Of a stretch of 64,000 nucleotides of DNA, positions 1 to 12,746 are shown piece after piece. Both the position numbers and the translations under genes were made by a program. The number at the start of each line of letters is the position of its first letter. Position 1 is the first letter of the stretch. Source of the DNA: Octopus vulgaris (taxonomy: Eukaryota); NCBI GenBank assembly GCA_951406725.2, contig OX597814.1:154938001-155002000 (forward strand). Direction: 5' to 3'. The notes below the pieces were generated by a model. That model was not told the DNA's origin and ran no database searches. It worked only from the letters and a program-made list of their open reading frames with translations.

Positions 1-740
1 TGTTGTTCAGTCTTTTTCCCTTAGCCTTTTTCTCTCCATCACTTGTCACCTCTTCCTTTTGTCCTTCTCTCCATCACTTGCTTGCTTACTTTCAACTTTC
101 TTCTCTAAATACTTATGAATTAACTCGCCATATGTCTAACATCCTATAATAGGATGCAATAAATTCCCTTAATGATCTATTGCAGTTAGGCATCCAAATG
201 GTCTTGGAACATCCAGTGTTGAGTTCTAAATAACTGCAGTGGTGAAATTACACGGCTTAAAATATAAGGGTTGATATGCAAACAGACGAAAAAATCAGAA
301 TACAAAAAACTTTAAAGTCTGAAAGCTCAGAATAACAAATTCTGAAATGCTTTAAGACAAAAAAAATATTATTATAAATATTTGTATTGGTATTTATTAT
401 TTATGTAAGTATACACACACACACACACACTATAATTTATATATATATATATGTATATATATATGTACATATATATACATATACATACATATACATATAC
501 ATATACATACACTCACATACACAAATATACACACACATACTTGGAGTTATTTCATTGAAGTTTTATTCGGGCAAAATAAATATATGAAAAGTTTACCTTT
601 GCAAAGGCCTGCAAAAAATTATGAAGATTATGCTTCAAGATTATGCTTAATTTTCAACCAATTTTTAGTCAATATACTGTAAAATATCAAGTGTTAACAT
701 TTTGACTCCCGTTTGTCATTTGCTTGAATGTCACTCACTA

Positions 741-870
741 GACGTTTTTCTGTGTATTTACCGTCCAATTTTAAATATTACAAAATTGCTGTTAACAACA
801 GTATCGACGTTCCTTTGTGTATTTACCATCCAATTTTAAGTATTACAAGATTACTGTTAACAACAGTATC
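741..870. repeat. 65-bp tandem duplication (2 units)
   Basis: GACGTT...GTTAACAACAGTATC at 741-805 is repeated with a few substitutions at 806-870. Confidence 0.9.
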
Positions 871-2519
871 AGCTTATCAAACGGCTGAACTTATTTAGTA
901 ATCAATATGTAAAATGCATAAAAGTGAGTGAAACAATTTAATTATGATCGTAAGATTGAGTCAAACACATAATGAATTCAACCATTTTGATGATGTTTGG
1001 TTTATCGAAAAGATATAAACACAAGGGGATTTTATTTGTAGGGAATGGCAATCAGATTTTATGTTTCATATTTTCTCGAGAGAATTAACGACAAAGAAGA
1101 GTAAATGCATGTAGCAAGGACCGTAAAGATATTGCTTTGTCAGTTTGTTTGAGAGGGAGACTATTTGTGCTGCATAGCAATTTCAACCACTCTTAGTGAA
1201 ACAAACAAATCATTTCTCTGATTTCTTTATTCGTAGTATGGTCACGCCAAGAAATTCTTAGTATGATCCTAAAGCAACGACTGTGGAAGACATCTGCAAT
1301 TGATTGTGCTTGTCTTATTCCTCGTCTTGCGGGCATTAGTCATCGTCAGTACAACGATTTTGATTTATATAGATGAAGTTTGGTGCCTCGGTTGATAGTC
1401 TGGTGTGCTTTATGACTTGTGAGAGATTTATCTACAATTTTTAGCTGACCGAGCAACTACATAGAGAGGCTACACGTTTGGCTTTTCAAATTGATACTTG
1501 TGCTTTTTGTTTCTTAGTCCCTAACTCAGTCGTCGTTTACTGTCCTTGCTACATGCATTTATTCTTCTTTACCTTGAGAAAATGAGACAATTCTTTTGAG
1601 ACAATTCCCTTGAGAAAATGAGACAAAAATCTGATTGCCCCTCCCTGCAAATAAAATTCCCCTGTGTTATAGCTTTTCGATAAACCAAAGCCATTCCATT
1701 CTACCCTCCAGCTTTGCTCTGCAGTCATCCTAATTCGTTTCATGATGATGGGTTTTGGTTCAAGTAAAATTTTGGAGCTACTTCTAGCAGATCATACGAG
1801 CGATGCACCATTGCATCATTCTTCGTCCAGGAATGCTCCATATAGATCGCTTCTTGGCTCATTTTATTAAAATCAGTGTAATACATTTCTAACTTGCATT
1901 TTGATCTCCAGCTTTTCATATCTTTTATATGATGTCAATACAATGATTCTCGTAACTTTCGAGAATAGAAGTAATGTGTATATGTTTTTGATATCTCACT
2001 TAACTACAGTTTAAATTTGAAATTGTTGAATGAATCCAAACAACAATAATCAGTTCATCATATTATACTATAAAACAGTTTTGCTTTTATGCAACGAATT
2101 ATGATTTAACCTTAGGGAGAAATTTGTAAATCTAAAACGTGGTATTTCCGAATATGTGAGGAGAGCAATTCATTTTCCAATTTTTGTCTATGCAGCTCTA
2201 TATGCAATGTTGTATACCTGTGGTTTTGTATTTTATTGTCGAGATTAAGGATAAAGATATAGCTTATAAATTTACAACTTATACAGCTATTGCTGTAGAA
2301 CGTATCTACCATTTTTGAAATATGAGGCACTGTTGTGCTACTTCAGTTATGCTGTAAAGGTACTTGAGAAAGTTTGGCTTGATATCACCTCATGGTAAAC
2401 CATAAAATTTATGACCTTTGTCCATTTTGAAAAGAAAGTAAGCAATATTTTTATAAATTTGCAATTAAAAAATGTATATATATTTCTGAATAGATATATT
2501 TATATGTATCACACACACA

Positions 2520-2607
<88 letters not shown>

Positions 2608-3542
2608 CTTAACCAGGAATATTACGTAAGATGAAACATTAATTTACGCTTGTACATAAACTAAATTTTTAAACTATGTAGTGAAGGCAACCTTACACCC
2701 ACCACCACATTTCCGAGTTAATATATTTCAAAATTAGTAATATAAACCACACTTGATGACATAGATCTTTCTTCCGTTTTTTAAAGTATTTTATTAGATT
2801 TAATTTCGTTTCATTTTACTTGCATGACACCGAGTAGAAAGTGCTAAAATGTGCCATAATCTTTTATAAATCATTAATTTACACCGAAAGTACAAAATAC
2901 TTTATAAAAGAAAATGAAGTCGTTATCTATTCAAATTAAACTGTTATTTTTCATAAACCTTAACCTAAGCCGGTAATAATAAACTTGTGGCTTTAAACTT
3001 CGGGTGAAAATATTTAAACAGATGAAAAACAGATTTATGCATATTTTTTTTGAAAATACCTAGTTGTTAATCTAATATTATTATTTTAAATATTAAGATT
3101 ATTATTTTAAACTAAGTTTAAGAATAACAACGGCATTTACTAATGGAGAGAATCAGTGCTAAATGTAGAGTTAAAACCCGGTTGATATTCAGACGAAACT
3201 TAATTCCATTTTAAAACAAATTTATTGTGTGTGTGTGTACGTCTGTATGCGTCTGTATGTATATATTAATGTTTGTTTTTATATGAAGTTATGTATAAGT
3301 GCACAGTACTTTACAGTGGAGTCCATATATGTTAATTTTAACGAGAGAATGTTGACAATAATTTCGAAATTTCGGTTGAACTGAAGCAATCAATCTCGTG
3401 AGAGCTAGAAAGATGAAACTTTGAGTCGCTGCCAAACTTTTCCTTTTATAAATTAATATGTACATATTATGTATGCATGCATTTATGTATGCATGTAGGT
3501 ATGCATGCATGCGTGTGATTATATATATATATATATATATAT

Positions 3543-3700
3543 CCTTTTTTTCTCTCCTTGTTTTTTCTGTGTCCCTTTCTGTAGGAGAGCGTAGGCTCGA
3601 AACGTAAAATACTTTTTCTATTCCTGAGCGTTATACGAATACATCTATTTGTTTTGTACACCACCTGTCATCGTCTTTTGTTTTTTTCGTAGACTCTCCC
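3543..3700 (+). mobile_element. Penelope-like 3' tail module in (TA)n with degenerate hammerhead motif
   Basis: CTTT-CTGTAGGA-GAGC-GTAG-GCTC-GAAACGTA at ~3575-3606; related to modules at 32381, 35262 and 57560; flanked by TA repeats. Confidence 0.55.
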
Positions 3701-3706
3701 TACATA

Positions 3707-4077
3707 TATATAAGACAAGTTATAGATAATGGTCATTACATATTTTTCCTTTATTACTGCAAATTTGGCTTACAGCTGTTTCCAGTAGTCATTATAGGTG
3801 CCTTACTGATGCGTTTATTGATCAGTTGAGAAAAATCGAACTACCTAAAAAGTTAAAGTTACATTCGTCTGAGCCATTTCTGGTTATACCCAGAAATGAC
3901 TCTGACGAAAGTAGCATAAACTTTTTTTAGATCGTTCAAATTTTCTCAAACGATCAGTAAACCGAGTAAACCTATTGATGAGGTACCTACTATGACTACT
4001 GGAAACAACTGTAAGCCAAATTTGTTCTAATAAAGGACAAATATGTAATGACCATTATCTATAACTTGTCTTATATA
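3707..4077. repeat. ~370-bp imperfect palindrome (foldback element)
   Basis: TATATAAGACAAGTTATAGATAATGGTCATTACATA... mirrors ...TATGTAATGACCATTATCTATAACTTGTCTTATATA; centre TTTCTGGTTATACCCAGAAA at ~3886. Confidence 0.9.
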
Positions 4078-4396
4078 CCACTCTGCATGCAAGTTGACAG
4101 ATGACAGCTCTACATCCTGTGTGTGTGTGTATAGGTACGGTGTTTTTGTATGTTAATTATGTTTACGTTTACTTATTTTGAGTTACAGTTTAACTTACCA
4201 AATTCTTAGCAAGTCGAAGAAGAAATAGTTTTAAAAATTAGATTAAGCGTTGGAATTTTTATAAGATCGATTAAAAGAGGTAATGGTTGTGGACCAGTAA
4301 GTTATGACCATAACATATAAAAAAAAAACAAAGGATGTACATAATGAAATTCGCGAGCAAATTGTGAATACTTAAAAAAATTATAATTATTCACAT

Positions 4397-4558
4397 AGGC
4401 GCAGATGCGGCTGTGTGAGAAGAAGCTAGCTTCCCAACCACATGGTTCCTGGTTCAGAGCAAGTGTCTTCTACTATATCGTGGCACCTTTTACTATAGCC
4501 TCAGGCCAACCAAAGCCTTGTGGGTGAATATGGTAGACGGAAACTGAAAGAAGCCTGT

Positions 4559-4610
<52 letters not shown>

Positions 4611-4808
4611 TATATTTGTGTGTGTATCTTTGTGTTTGTGTTTGTCCCCCGCCATCACTAATCAGTTCGGCAAAGTGACCAATAGAATAAGTACTAGGCT
4701 TTAGAAAATGAAAATAAGTCTCGGGGTCAATTTATTAGACTAAAAATCATACAAGGCGGTGCTCCGGCATGGCTGCAATTAAATGACTGAAACAAACAAA
4801 GGGATAAA
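4397..4808 (+). mobile_element. tRNA-derived SINE, family B
   Basis: GGCGCAG..GGCTGTGTG..AAG head, B-box-like GGTTCAG, GTAGACGGAAACTGAAAGAAGCC, internal (TA)n, ATGACTGAAAC tail; more than 10 similar copies in the window. Confidence 0.85.
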
Positions 4809-5298
4809 AAAATATTAATTGCATAAACTGATCAACTCTAACCCAAGGTTTTTATATTCACGTATTTTGTATAGCGGAAGTGGACCTATGTAAATGCGAC
4901 CAATGTACACGCGCGCGCGCGCACAAACAGAGACTCACACATATACACCTATGTTAATGAAGTGACAGCAAGGCACACTATTTGAGAAGATAAGCAAGAA
5001 ATATACAATTCGCGAGGAGTTTTTTATAATAAAAAAAGTAGTGTGAATATGAAGTATGCACACAAACATTATACTAAGAAAATAACATGATTGCTTTATT
5101 ACAAAACATTGATTCTTCGAAATGCAAGGCCTTATCAAATATATTTATGCCAAGTTATATCTGAAACAAACCACTAATCCAACTCTCCAGGTATGCAGTA
5201 CTTTTTCCAAGTGGAAGACCTCACCGCCTACGATTGCATGCAGTGATTTTTTGTTGAAATGTCGCTCAAGATTTTATGTACACCGTGACGTACCAAAC

Positions 5299-5622
5299 TG
5301 TTGTGCAAGGATACAACGCCTCCTGTCGAGAATGGACTGAACTCAATACATATAAATAATAGCGGTCTGAGGAAGTGAGGCAGTTCGTGCTTGCTCCCTC
5401 TTTGTTTAACCCTTGTGGTTTGAATAAAATCATCGTGCTAGTTCCACAGTAACTGTGCTGATAGTTCAAAGCTGGAGTTCAAAGTTCACAGTTCGAGTTT
5501 GCGTGTTGTATTGTTGGTTCTCAAAAGATTGTTGTTACATTACGTGTGGTTACTACCGTTTGTCTCTATTATATTGTTATTACACTGTTGCAGCGTATTC
5601 GTATATCCACAAGGATATAACA
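5299..5622 (+). mobile_element. 5' LTR of Gypsy/Ty3 element
   Basis: Begins TGTTGTG and ends TATAACA; internal TATA-like motif (~5350) and AATAAA (~5423); PBS follows immediately. Confidence 0.7.
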
Positions 5623-5624
5623 TC

Positions 5625-5637
5625 TGGCGATGAGGAT
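5625..5637 (+). promoter_or_regulatory. Primer-binding site, tRNA-Ser(GCT)-like
   Basis: TGGCGATGAGGAT 2 nt after the LTR end; complementary to the tRNA-Ser(GCT) 3' end ATCCTCGTCGCCA with one CpG-type change. Confidence 0.7.
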
Positions 5638-5770
5638 CGTTCGAAACTCACATTGGTTATTTAACAATTTCTGCGCCATAGAAAACCTATTAGCCGCAGT
5701 AGTACAGCTTTAAGAGAAGCAACATGAACAACTACAGGAGTTGCATAAACAAATACTATACTACAACAGT

Positions 5771-6135
5771 GGAGGTGCAATGGCCCAGTTGTTAGGGCAG
5801 CGGACTCGCGATCGTAGGATCGCGGTTTCGATTACCAGATTGGGCGTTGTGTGTGTTTATTGAGCGAAAACACCTAAAGCTCCACGTGTTTCCGGCAGGG
5901 AGTGGTGGCAACCCCTGTTGTACTCTTTCGCTCCAAATTTATCTCACTCTTTCTTCCTGTTTCTTGTCCCCGACTTCCTAAGCAACCGATGAGCCTGGAT
6001 GTGCATTCATCTATCCGTCGATGCTCTCGGTGTCGGAGGTTGACCTGCTTTCTCTTCTGCGGGTCTTACGAATAGCAAAGGACCACGTTTCGGACTTCTC
6101 CCATCTTGCGAGCTCTGGGACGAAGACCGTTCGCT
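5771..6135 (+). mobile_element. tRNA-derived SINE inserted in Gypsy gag
   Basis: A-box TGGCCCAGTTG, B-box GGTTTCGATTACC, CpG-rich body, ends at a (CAA)-rich tract; interrupts the Gln-rich gag N-terminus. Confidence 0.8.
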
Positions 6136-9100
6136 CAAAAGAAACAGCAGCAACAACAACAACAATTAATTAAGTTACAATCGACGAAGTTCGAAAGTCC
6201 AGTAAACGCGTTTACGCCAGACGCCGTGGCTAACACAATTACTGAATTTACATATAATCCGGAGGAGGGTATTATATCTCCTGCGTAGTATAAAGGAAAT
6301 TAAAACAACTAGTGCAAATCATGATCAGAGTAGTAGAAATGAAGGCTTTTACTACGAAAGGTAGCTCCTGCCGAGAATGAGTATTGCTGTAGCTTTATTC
6401 TGCCCAAAAAGTCGAGTGAGATTTGTTTCCAAGAAACAGTGGAACTGCTTTCAAAAATTTGCGAGCAAATTGGGAATACTTAAAAAATTATATTTATTCA
6501 CATAGGCGCAGACGCGGCTGTGTGATAAGAAGCTGGCTTCCCAACCACATGTCTATACAGTTAGACACAGGTGGTGACATCTCGATTATAAGCGCGGTTG
6601 CTCAGAAAAAAAATTGGTAAACCGAGGTTATGTAAAACAGCAAAAAATAGCGCGTGGTGTAACTGGCGATAAATTACATTTCTTGGGCAAAACATGTATC
6701 GATGTCACATTTCGAGGAGAAACACGCGAAGTAAAATTATTCGTTGTGGATAACATAGTCAATCTATTTGACTCAGATTAGTTAGGATTATTTGATTTAT
6801 GGTACCTCCACATAAACCTTTACTGCAGTTTAGTAAATGATTGTCTCTTTAAAAACAAACCTTCGGAAGAACTGAAAGAAAAATTGAAAAAATGTTTCCA
6901 CATGTGTTATCGGAGGATTTAGGTCTATGTAGAAAGACGGAAGCCTATTTACAAGTAAGTGAAAACGCTGTACCTGTATTTAAAGCAAACAAAAAAGTAC
7001 CGTTCGCGGCAATTAAAACCGTTAATGAAGAGTTGGACAGACTCAAAAAGAGTGGAGTCATCAAAAAGATGGATTACTCGGAGTGGGCAGCACACACTGT
7101 TTGTATTTAAAAAAATAATAAGATTAGACTGTGTGCTGATTTTCTACATGATTGAACGACTGCTTTAAAACATATCACCATCCACTCCTGACTGCAGAGG
7201 ACATATTTTCAAAGTTAAATGGTGGAAGATTTTTTTCCAAATTAGATCTGTTTAAAGCTTATTTACAGATAAAAGTAAAGGAAAAATGCTCAAAGTATTT
7301 GTCACAGATGATTGTACAGATGCACACGATTACCTTTTGGATTAAAAGTTCCACCAGCAATATTCCAGCAAATCATGGATACTATGTTATCTGATTGCAA
7401 ATTTGTAATCCCGTACGTGGACGATATTTTGATCAAGAATAATTCTCGTGAACAGTATGTGGAACACATAAAAGTTGTGTTTAAGAAAATTAAAGTTTTC
7501 GGGTTTAGTTTGAGTGAAGAAAATTGCAAATTCTTTCTACCCCAAATTAAGTACTTAGGGCAAATAACTAATAAAAGTGGTAGATATCCTGACCCGCCGA
7601 GGGCAGACGCATTAAGGAATATGCTTGCGTTGACAAATATTCCAGCTTTACAAGCATTTCTAGGGCTGGCAAACTACTAACAAAACTATGTTCCTAATAT
7701 GCACAAGTTGAGGCTCCATTGAACGATTTATTTAAAAAAAAAAAAAGGAATAAAGTAGAGTTGGTCCACGAAATCCCAGAACACTTTTGAAGAAAGAAAA
7801 ATTTCTAATCTCAGACCTGTCGTCAGCATATTACGATCCCGAAATGGACATCATTATAGCGTCTCTATGCTTCCGAGTACGGCTTACAGATTACAGTTCT
7901 ACTTCATAAATACGAAGATGGAAGTACAAAATCAGTGGTTCATGTTTCGCGCTCGCTAATAGCGGCGGAGAAGAGATATAGTCAAATTGAAAAGTAGGCT
8001 CTTGCAATTATTTTTGCAGTTAAAAAATTTCACAATTTCTGCATGGCAAAAGTCTTTTTATTGCAGACCATAGACCTTTACTGTTTAATTATGGGTCTAA
8101 AAAAGGGTTACCGACTCATGCTGAGAACTGCCTGCAACGTTGGGGTGTAATATTACTAAATTATAATTTCAAAATGCAATACGTTCCATCGAAAAAGAAT
8201 CGGTCATGCGGACTGCCTTTCGAGATTAATTCCAAAAAATATGGAACCACTAGAAGAGACTGCTATAGCCGTACTGCAGGCAGAAAGTGAAATTAAAAGT
8301 GTTATGACGAACCTTATTCAAGAACTACTAGTGACTACTCAGGCTATAAGAATGAAAGCTCTAGGTGATGAGTATATTAAGAAAATGATAGAAGCTTTTA
8401 AAAGTAAACAGAATAAAAATTCAGATGGCTGTAGTTTTCCAGTTTGCGACGATATTCTGGTGTATGCCCATAGAGTGATGGTTCCAACTACATTACAAAA
8501 CAGTATATTGCAATAATTTCACAGCGGACATCCAGTAATGGCAAGGATGAAGACTCTGATGAAGAGTTATGTGTATTGGCAGTCTATGGACTGAGATATC
8601 GAAAACTTGAGAACTGCCGAGGTTGCGCGCTCGCGGCCAAAGCCCCGCTGGTGAAACATCAATCGTGGCCAGAGACAGAGAACCCATGGTCTAGGTTGCA
8701 CATTGACCATGCTGGACCGGTAAGCAGCGCTTACTACCTAATCGTAGTAGGTAGCTGTACTAAGTGGCCGGAAGTTTGCAGGTGCTATAGACCAACCTGT
8801 AAGACAACTCTAAAGATTCTTATACTTTCTCATGTTGGTTTACCAATGATTTTAACCAGATATTGTAACGTACTCACGCTCACAACTTCTGTTTAATATA
8901 CTACTCTTTTATAGCAATTACCTCGAAGAATCCTAATATTTATTGATACAATCGATGTGGTAGTATTGAGAATGATAAAGCCTGTTGAGTGATAAATATC
9001 TATCCTAATGATATATAATTATGTTCTGAAATCCCACAACTTGATTGACTTTGTTTTTCATCATCCTGGAGTGGGTTATTCTTTTTCCTCTCTTTATCTC

Positions 9101-9806
9101 GGAGGCCCTGCAAAACAAGAAAAGAAAATCGTCATTGACGTTGCTCTTTATATATATATCACCTGTCTATGACATTCATGTGTTTTAATACCTGGCACTT
9201 TGAGAGAATATTCTCTACCACGCTAAATCGCAGCCAGCCAGCAAATACACGAAACATATATCTTATGTAATGTGGTGGATAGTATTTATTACACTAGTGC
9301 TGCTTCTGTATCCTATTTGAATTTATTCTTACGTATGCAGGGTCCGAAAATTCCTGCACATTGCTTGTACGCTATATGCATATAAATCGTGGATTGGCGG
9401 CATGATTTATCTACGATCCTGTTCAAGTACAAGAAGTTGGTAGGCCACAGAAATGGTGGAACATCGATGTCCATTTCTCCTGAATGTGATTTGGGGTGTG
9501 TTGTCTCACTTGTCCAAGACTTTCAGGTGTTTTTAACACTCGGCGCTTTGAGAGAGTAATCTCCACCATGCCAAATTGCAGCCCACAGATAAATGCAAGC
9601 AACATATTCGTTGAGTATGCGTGGTTAATAATGCCACAGCCAACATGTAACAAATCAGTTTACAACATATTTATAATTATGTGACATACTGAAGAGAAAT
9701 GTAAGTATACATTGCCAATAGCCAATCTTTATAAAGACAGCTCTCACAACGCTGGAGCACTTATTGTATTTATCATATGTCATATAACATCTTATCACCA
9801 ACAACT

Positions 9807-9933
<127 letters not shown>

Positions 9934-10454
9934 TCCCATGTGTTTGTGTGCGTATGTATGCGTACTTGTGTTTGTGATAGAACTCAAATTGTCGATGCAC
10001 TTCCTTCTTTACTCTATCCACTCGAGCAACAACCTCTGTTGGCTTCCTCCACAGACTCTGCGCTTCAAAAAGAACTTTTCGAAGTAGGTAATGAATACTG
10101 AAGCCAATTTCTTTCCTCTGGATATTATTTCTATAAGACACCATTTTGGCGGTCAAATAGAAACAAGTCCACTTCTTCCTGGGTACTTCGAACGTAAAGA
10201 GCCAAAACAAATATCGTAAATAATTTTGTCCAAAGTCTTAAAATTTCCGCAGATAAACCCTCGTGGACTAACGATATTTGGGTTTACTTTATTTTATTGA
10301 CCTGGAAAGGCTGATAGGAAAAATTTGACCTTGAACTTAGAGAGTAAAGAGCCCGAAAAAATAGCTTTACCGGTTCTTCACATCCACCACCTTAGAATAC
10401 AACATATTTTAAATTCCTTTCTTAGTTTTTCTGTATTTTAAATTAATATCTGTT

Positions 10455-10649
10455 CTTTTCATTTTCTATTTGCTTCAATGATTCGACTGTGGCCTTGCTG
10501 GGGTAACCTATTTTAAGTGTTTGGCCGAAAAAATAATCAACTTTAGTTCTTATTGTCTTAAGTCCCGTACTTATTCTATGGGTGACTTTTATCGATCCAC
10601 TATGTTACGGGGAAACAAACAAAAACCAGTTGTTAGGACAATTACAAAT

Positions 10650-10703
<54 letters not shown>

Positions 10704-10850
10704 GACAGGCTTCTATGCAGTTTCCTTCTAACAAATTTACTTAAAAGGCATTAATCGTTTTGGGGCTATAGTGGAAGACATTTATTCAAGGTGCTACGCG
10801 ATGTGATTGAATCTGAAACCACATTCTTAAAGCAAGCCATGCTTGCGCCT
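10455..10850 (-). mobile_element. SINE family B, degraded
   Basis: Reverse complement matches the 4397 family (CAGTTTCC..CTA..AAATT, CTATAGT.GAAGACA, GACTGTGGCC..GCTGG). Confidence 0.7.
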
Positions 10851-11506
10851 AAAGTAACCACGCAGTCATACCCTGAGCTTTTTTTAAAAAAACAAATGTT
10901 TAAAAGCAAGTGCCTCGAATGCAATGTAAAAAAAAATGCCTCAGATGTTTCCAGCTTATCTGGTCCGTGAAAGTTTCTTTTTCTTTTCCACTTGACGAAT
11001 GTTAGAGAGGGAGAGAGCGGGAAAGAGAGAAAGAAAAAGGAACAGAGAGGGAGACAGAGGGAGAGAGGGAACTGTTTGTTACAACATAAATCCAATTTTT
11101 TTTCCTTGTCACGAATATTCCTCGTCAGTTCACGGCTATTACCAACATGGTTCCACAGCCACTACCACCAACACCAGCACCACCACCACCACCAGCAACA
11201 GCACCACCATGATCATCATCATTGCCATCACTATTTCCATTGCCAACACAATTACTAGCAGCTTCAATAAAGAGGATCATAAACAAGCAACAAGTCAACA
11301 ACAACACCAACATACAGAACTACGTAAACAACACACATCAACAACAATAACAACAACAGCTGTAACAATAACAATAAAAACACAAAAGCAATAGATAACT
11401 ACCGTACGATCCTGTTTCCTGCAGTCACTCGACACCAGTAATGATTCCAGAAAGAGACACTAGCTGTATCCCAATACCGTATAGACAATACTTATTAGAA
11501 ACTCAC

Positions 11507-11554
11507 CTCTGACGCCAGTCCTGGCGCCGATCTGTCCGGAGTTAGTACGCTATA
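11507..11554 (-). CDS. Candidate 48-nt internal coding exon (YSVLTPDRSAPGLASE) of an unidentified gene
   Basis: On the minus strand: polypyrimidine TTTTTTTTTAATTTTCAG acceptor and GAG|GTGAGT consensus donor; length divisible by 3; only the phase-0 frame is open. Confidence 0.55.
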
Positions 11555-12746
11555 CTGAAAATTAAAAAAAAAATTATAATAATAAAAAAGAAGAAACAAA
11601 AAACAAGCAACGTACGCCACCGAAACTGCTAATGAAGAAGTGAAGTTATCTTGGTAAAGCTGTAGCCAGTCAATTTGACAACGAAACAAATGTGTATTTG
11701 GTTAATTTTGGTTGAACATTTGCGCAATTCCTGCACTGAGTAACGTCTGAGGAGTCTCATGGTTCAGCAATACTGAAAGGTTATCCGACAGTGGTTGGCT
11801 GTTAATGGTTCTATTCTACAGCAGTTACCTTTCAAACTTAGCAATTAAAATATAGAGCCAACGAGGGAGCCTGTACCTTATCGCTCAGTCTGCTAGAAAT
11901 GGTAACTAAATCTGCTTCAAATCACATCCTGCCTCCCCACCCAATTTTTTTTAATGTTACAAACTGTAAAGTGCAACTGTTGTTACACTGTGTGTGGAAG
12001 AAGATGGGGTGGCCGTATCTGGAACACTTATGAACATAGATCTGTTTCATTAGTGCTGATATGATTTTAGTGGACGGCATTTATGCTGAGACTAGGATTG
12101 TTAGAAATAGCAACCATCACTACATCAACTCATGATCTGCTGTCGTTAAATAAAATGTACATTAGCTAATGCAGTCTCTGGATATGCGACATGATTAAAT
12201 ACCACGACTAGAATATATACGAAATGTCTGAAATGAAGAAAAAAAAATTCTGCGACTTCATATTTTCAACTACAAAAGACGACTTACAAATGTAAAACAG
12301 AAAGATGAAACACTAGTCATCTAGTCATTAGGGATAACCGAACATGAATCAAACACGTTAATCGACCAAGTTGTACAACGATGTGCATACAAATTTACAT
12401 TCACTACAGCAGACATAACAGATATAACACTCAGTAACAATACATAAACAATACGTAAGCAGTAACGAATACGAATACATCATTCCAAATTTCATATAGA
12501 GAGAACACTAAGTGTTCTCACTATATGGTTTATCTAGCCTAGTGGTTTTCAACCGGGTTCATATTATGGACCTTAAGGGCCATAATATGAACTTATGGAT
12601 CTAAAGGGCCACAAGACTTTGTTGTTAAACTTTATGTGCAATTCGGACATGGCTGTATGGGAAGATGCTTGCTTCATAACTAATGTTTCCAAGTTCAATC
12701 CAACTGCGTGGAACCTTGAGCAAGTGTCTTCAGCAATAGCTTTGCC

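Larger units (their letters stand above)
5299..8820 (+). mobile_element. Decayed Gypsy/Ty3 LTR retrotransposon (gag-PR-RT-RH-IN, 3' truncated)
   Basis: Gag fragment (ITEFTYNPEEG), protease LDTGGDISII (~6561), RT with LPFGL and YVDD (7414-7425), FLGLANY, RNase H fragments, integrase zinc region HSGHP..CRGC and PWSRLHIDHAGP; many stops and frameshifts. Confidence 0.93.

Noticed and set aside
5771-5845. tRNA gene
   Set aside because: A and B boxes are present but continue into a SINE body with no proper acceptor stem or terminator
9990-10120. Exon-like unique stretch
   Set aside because: Weak splice signals on both strands and no recognisable product
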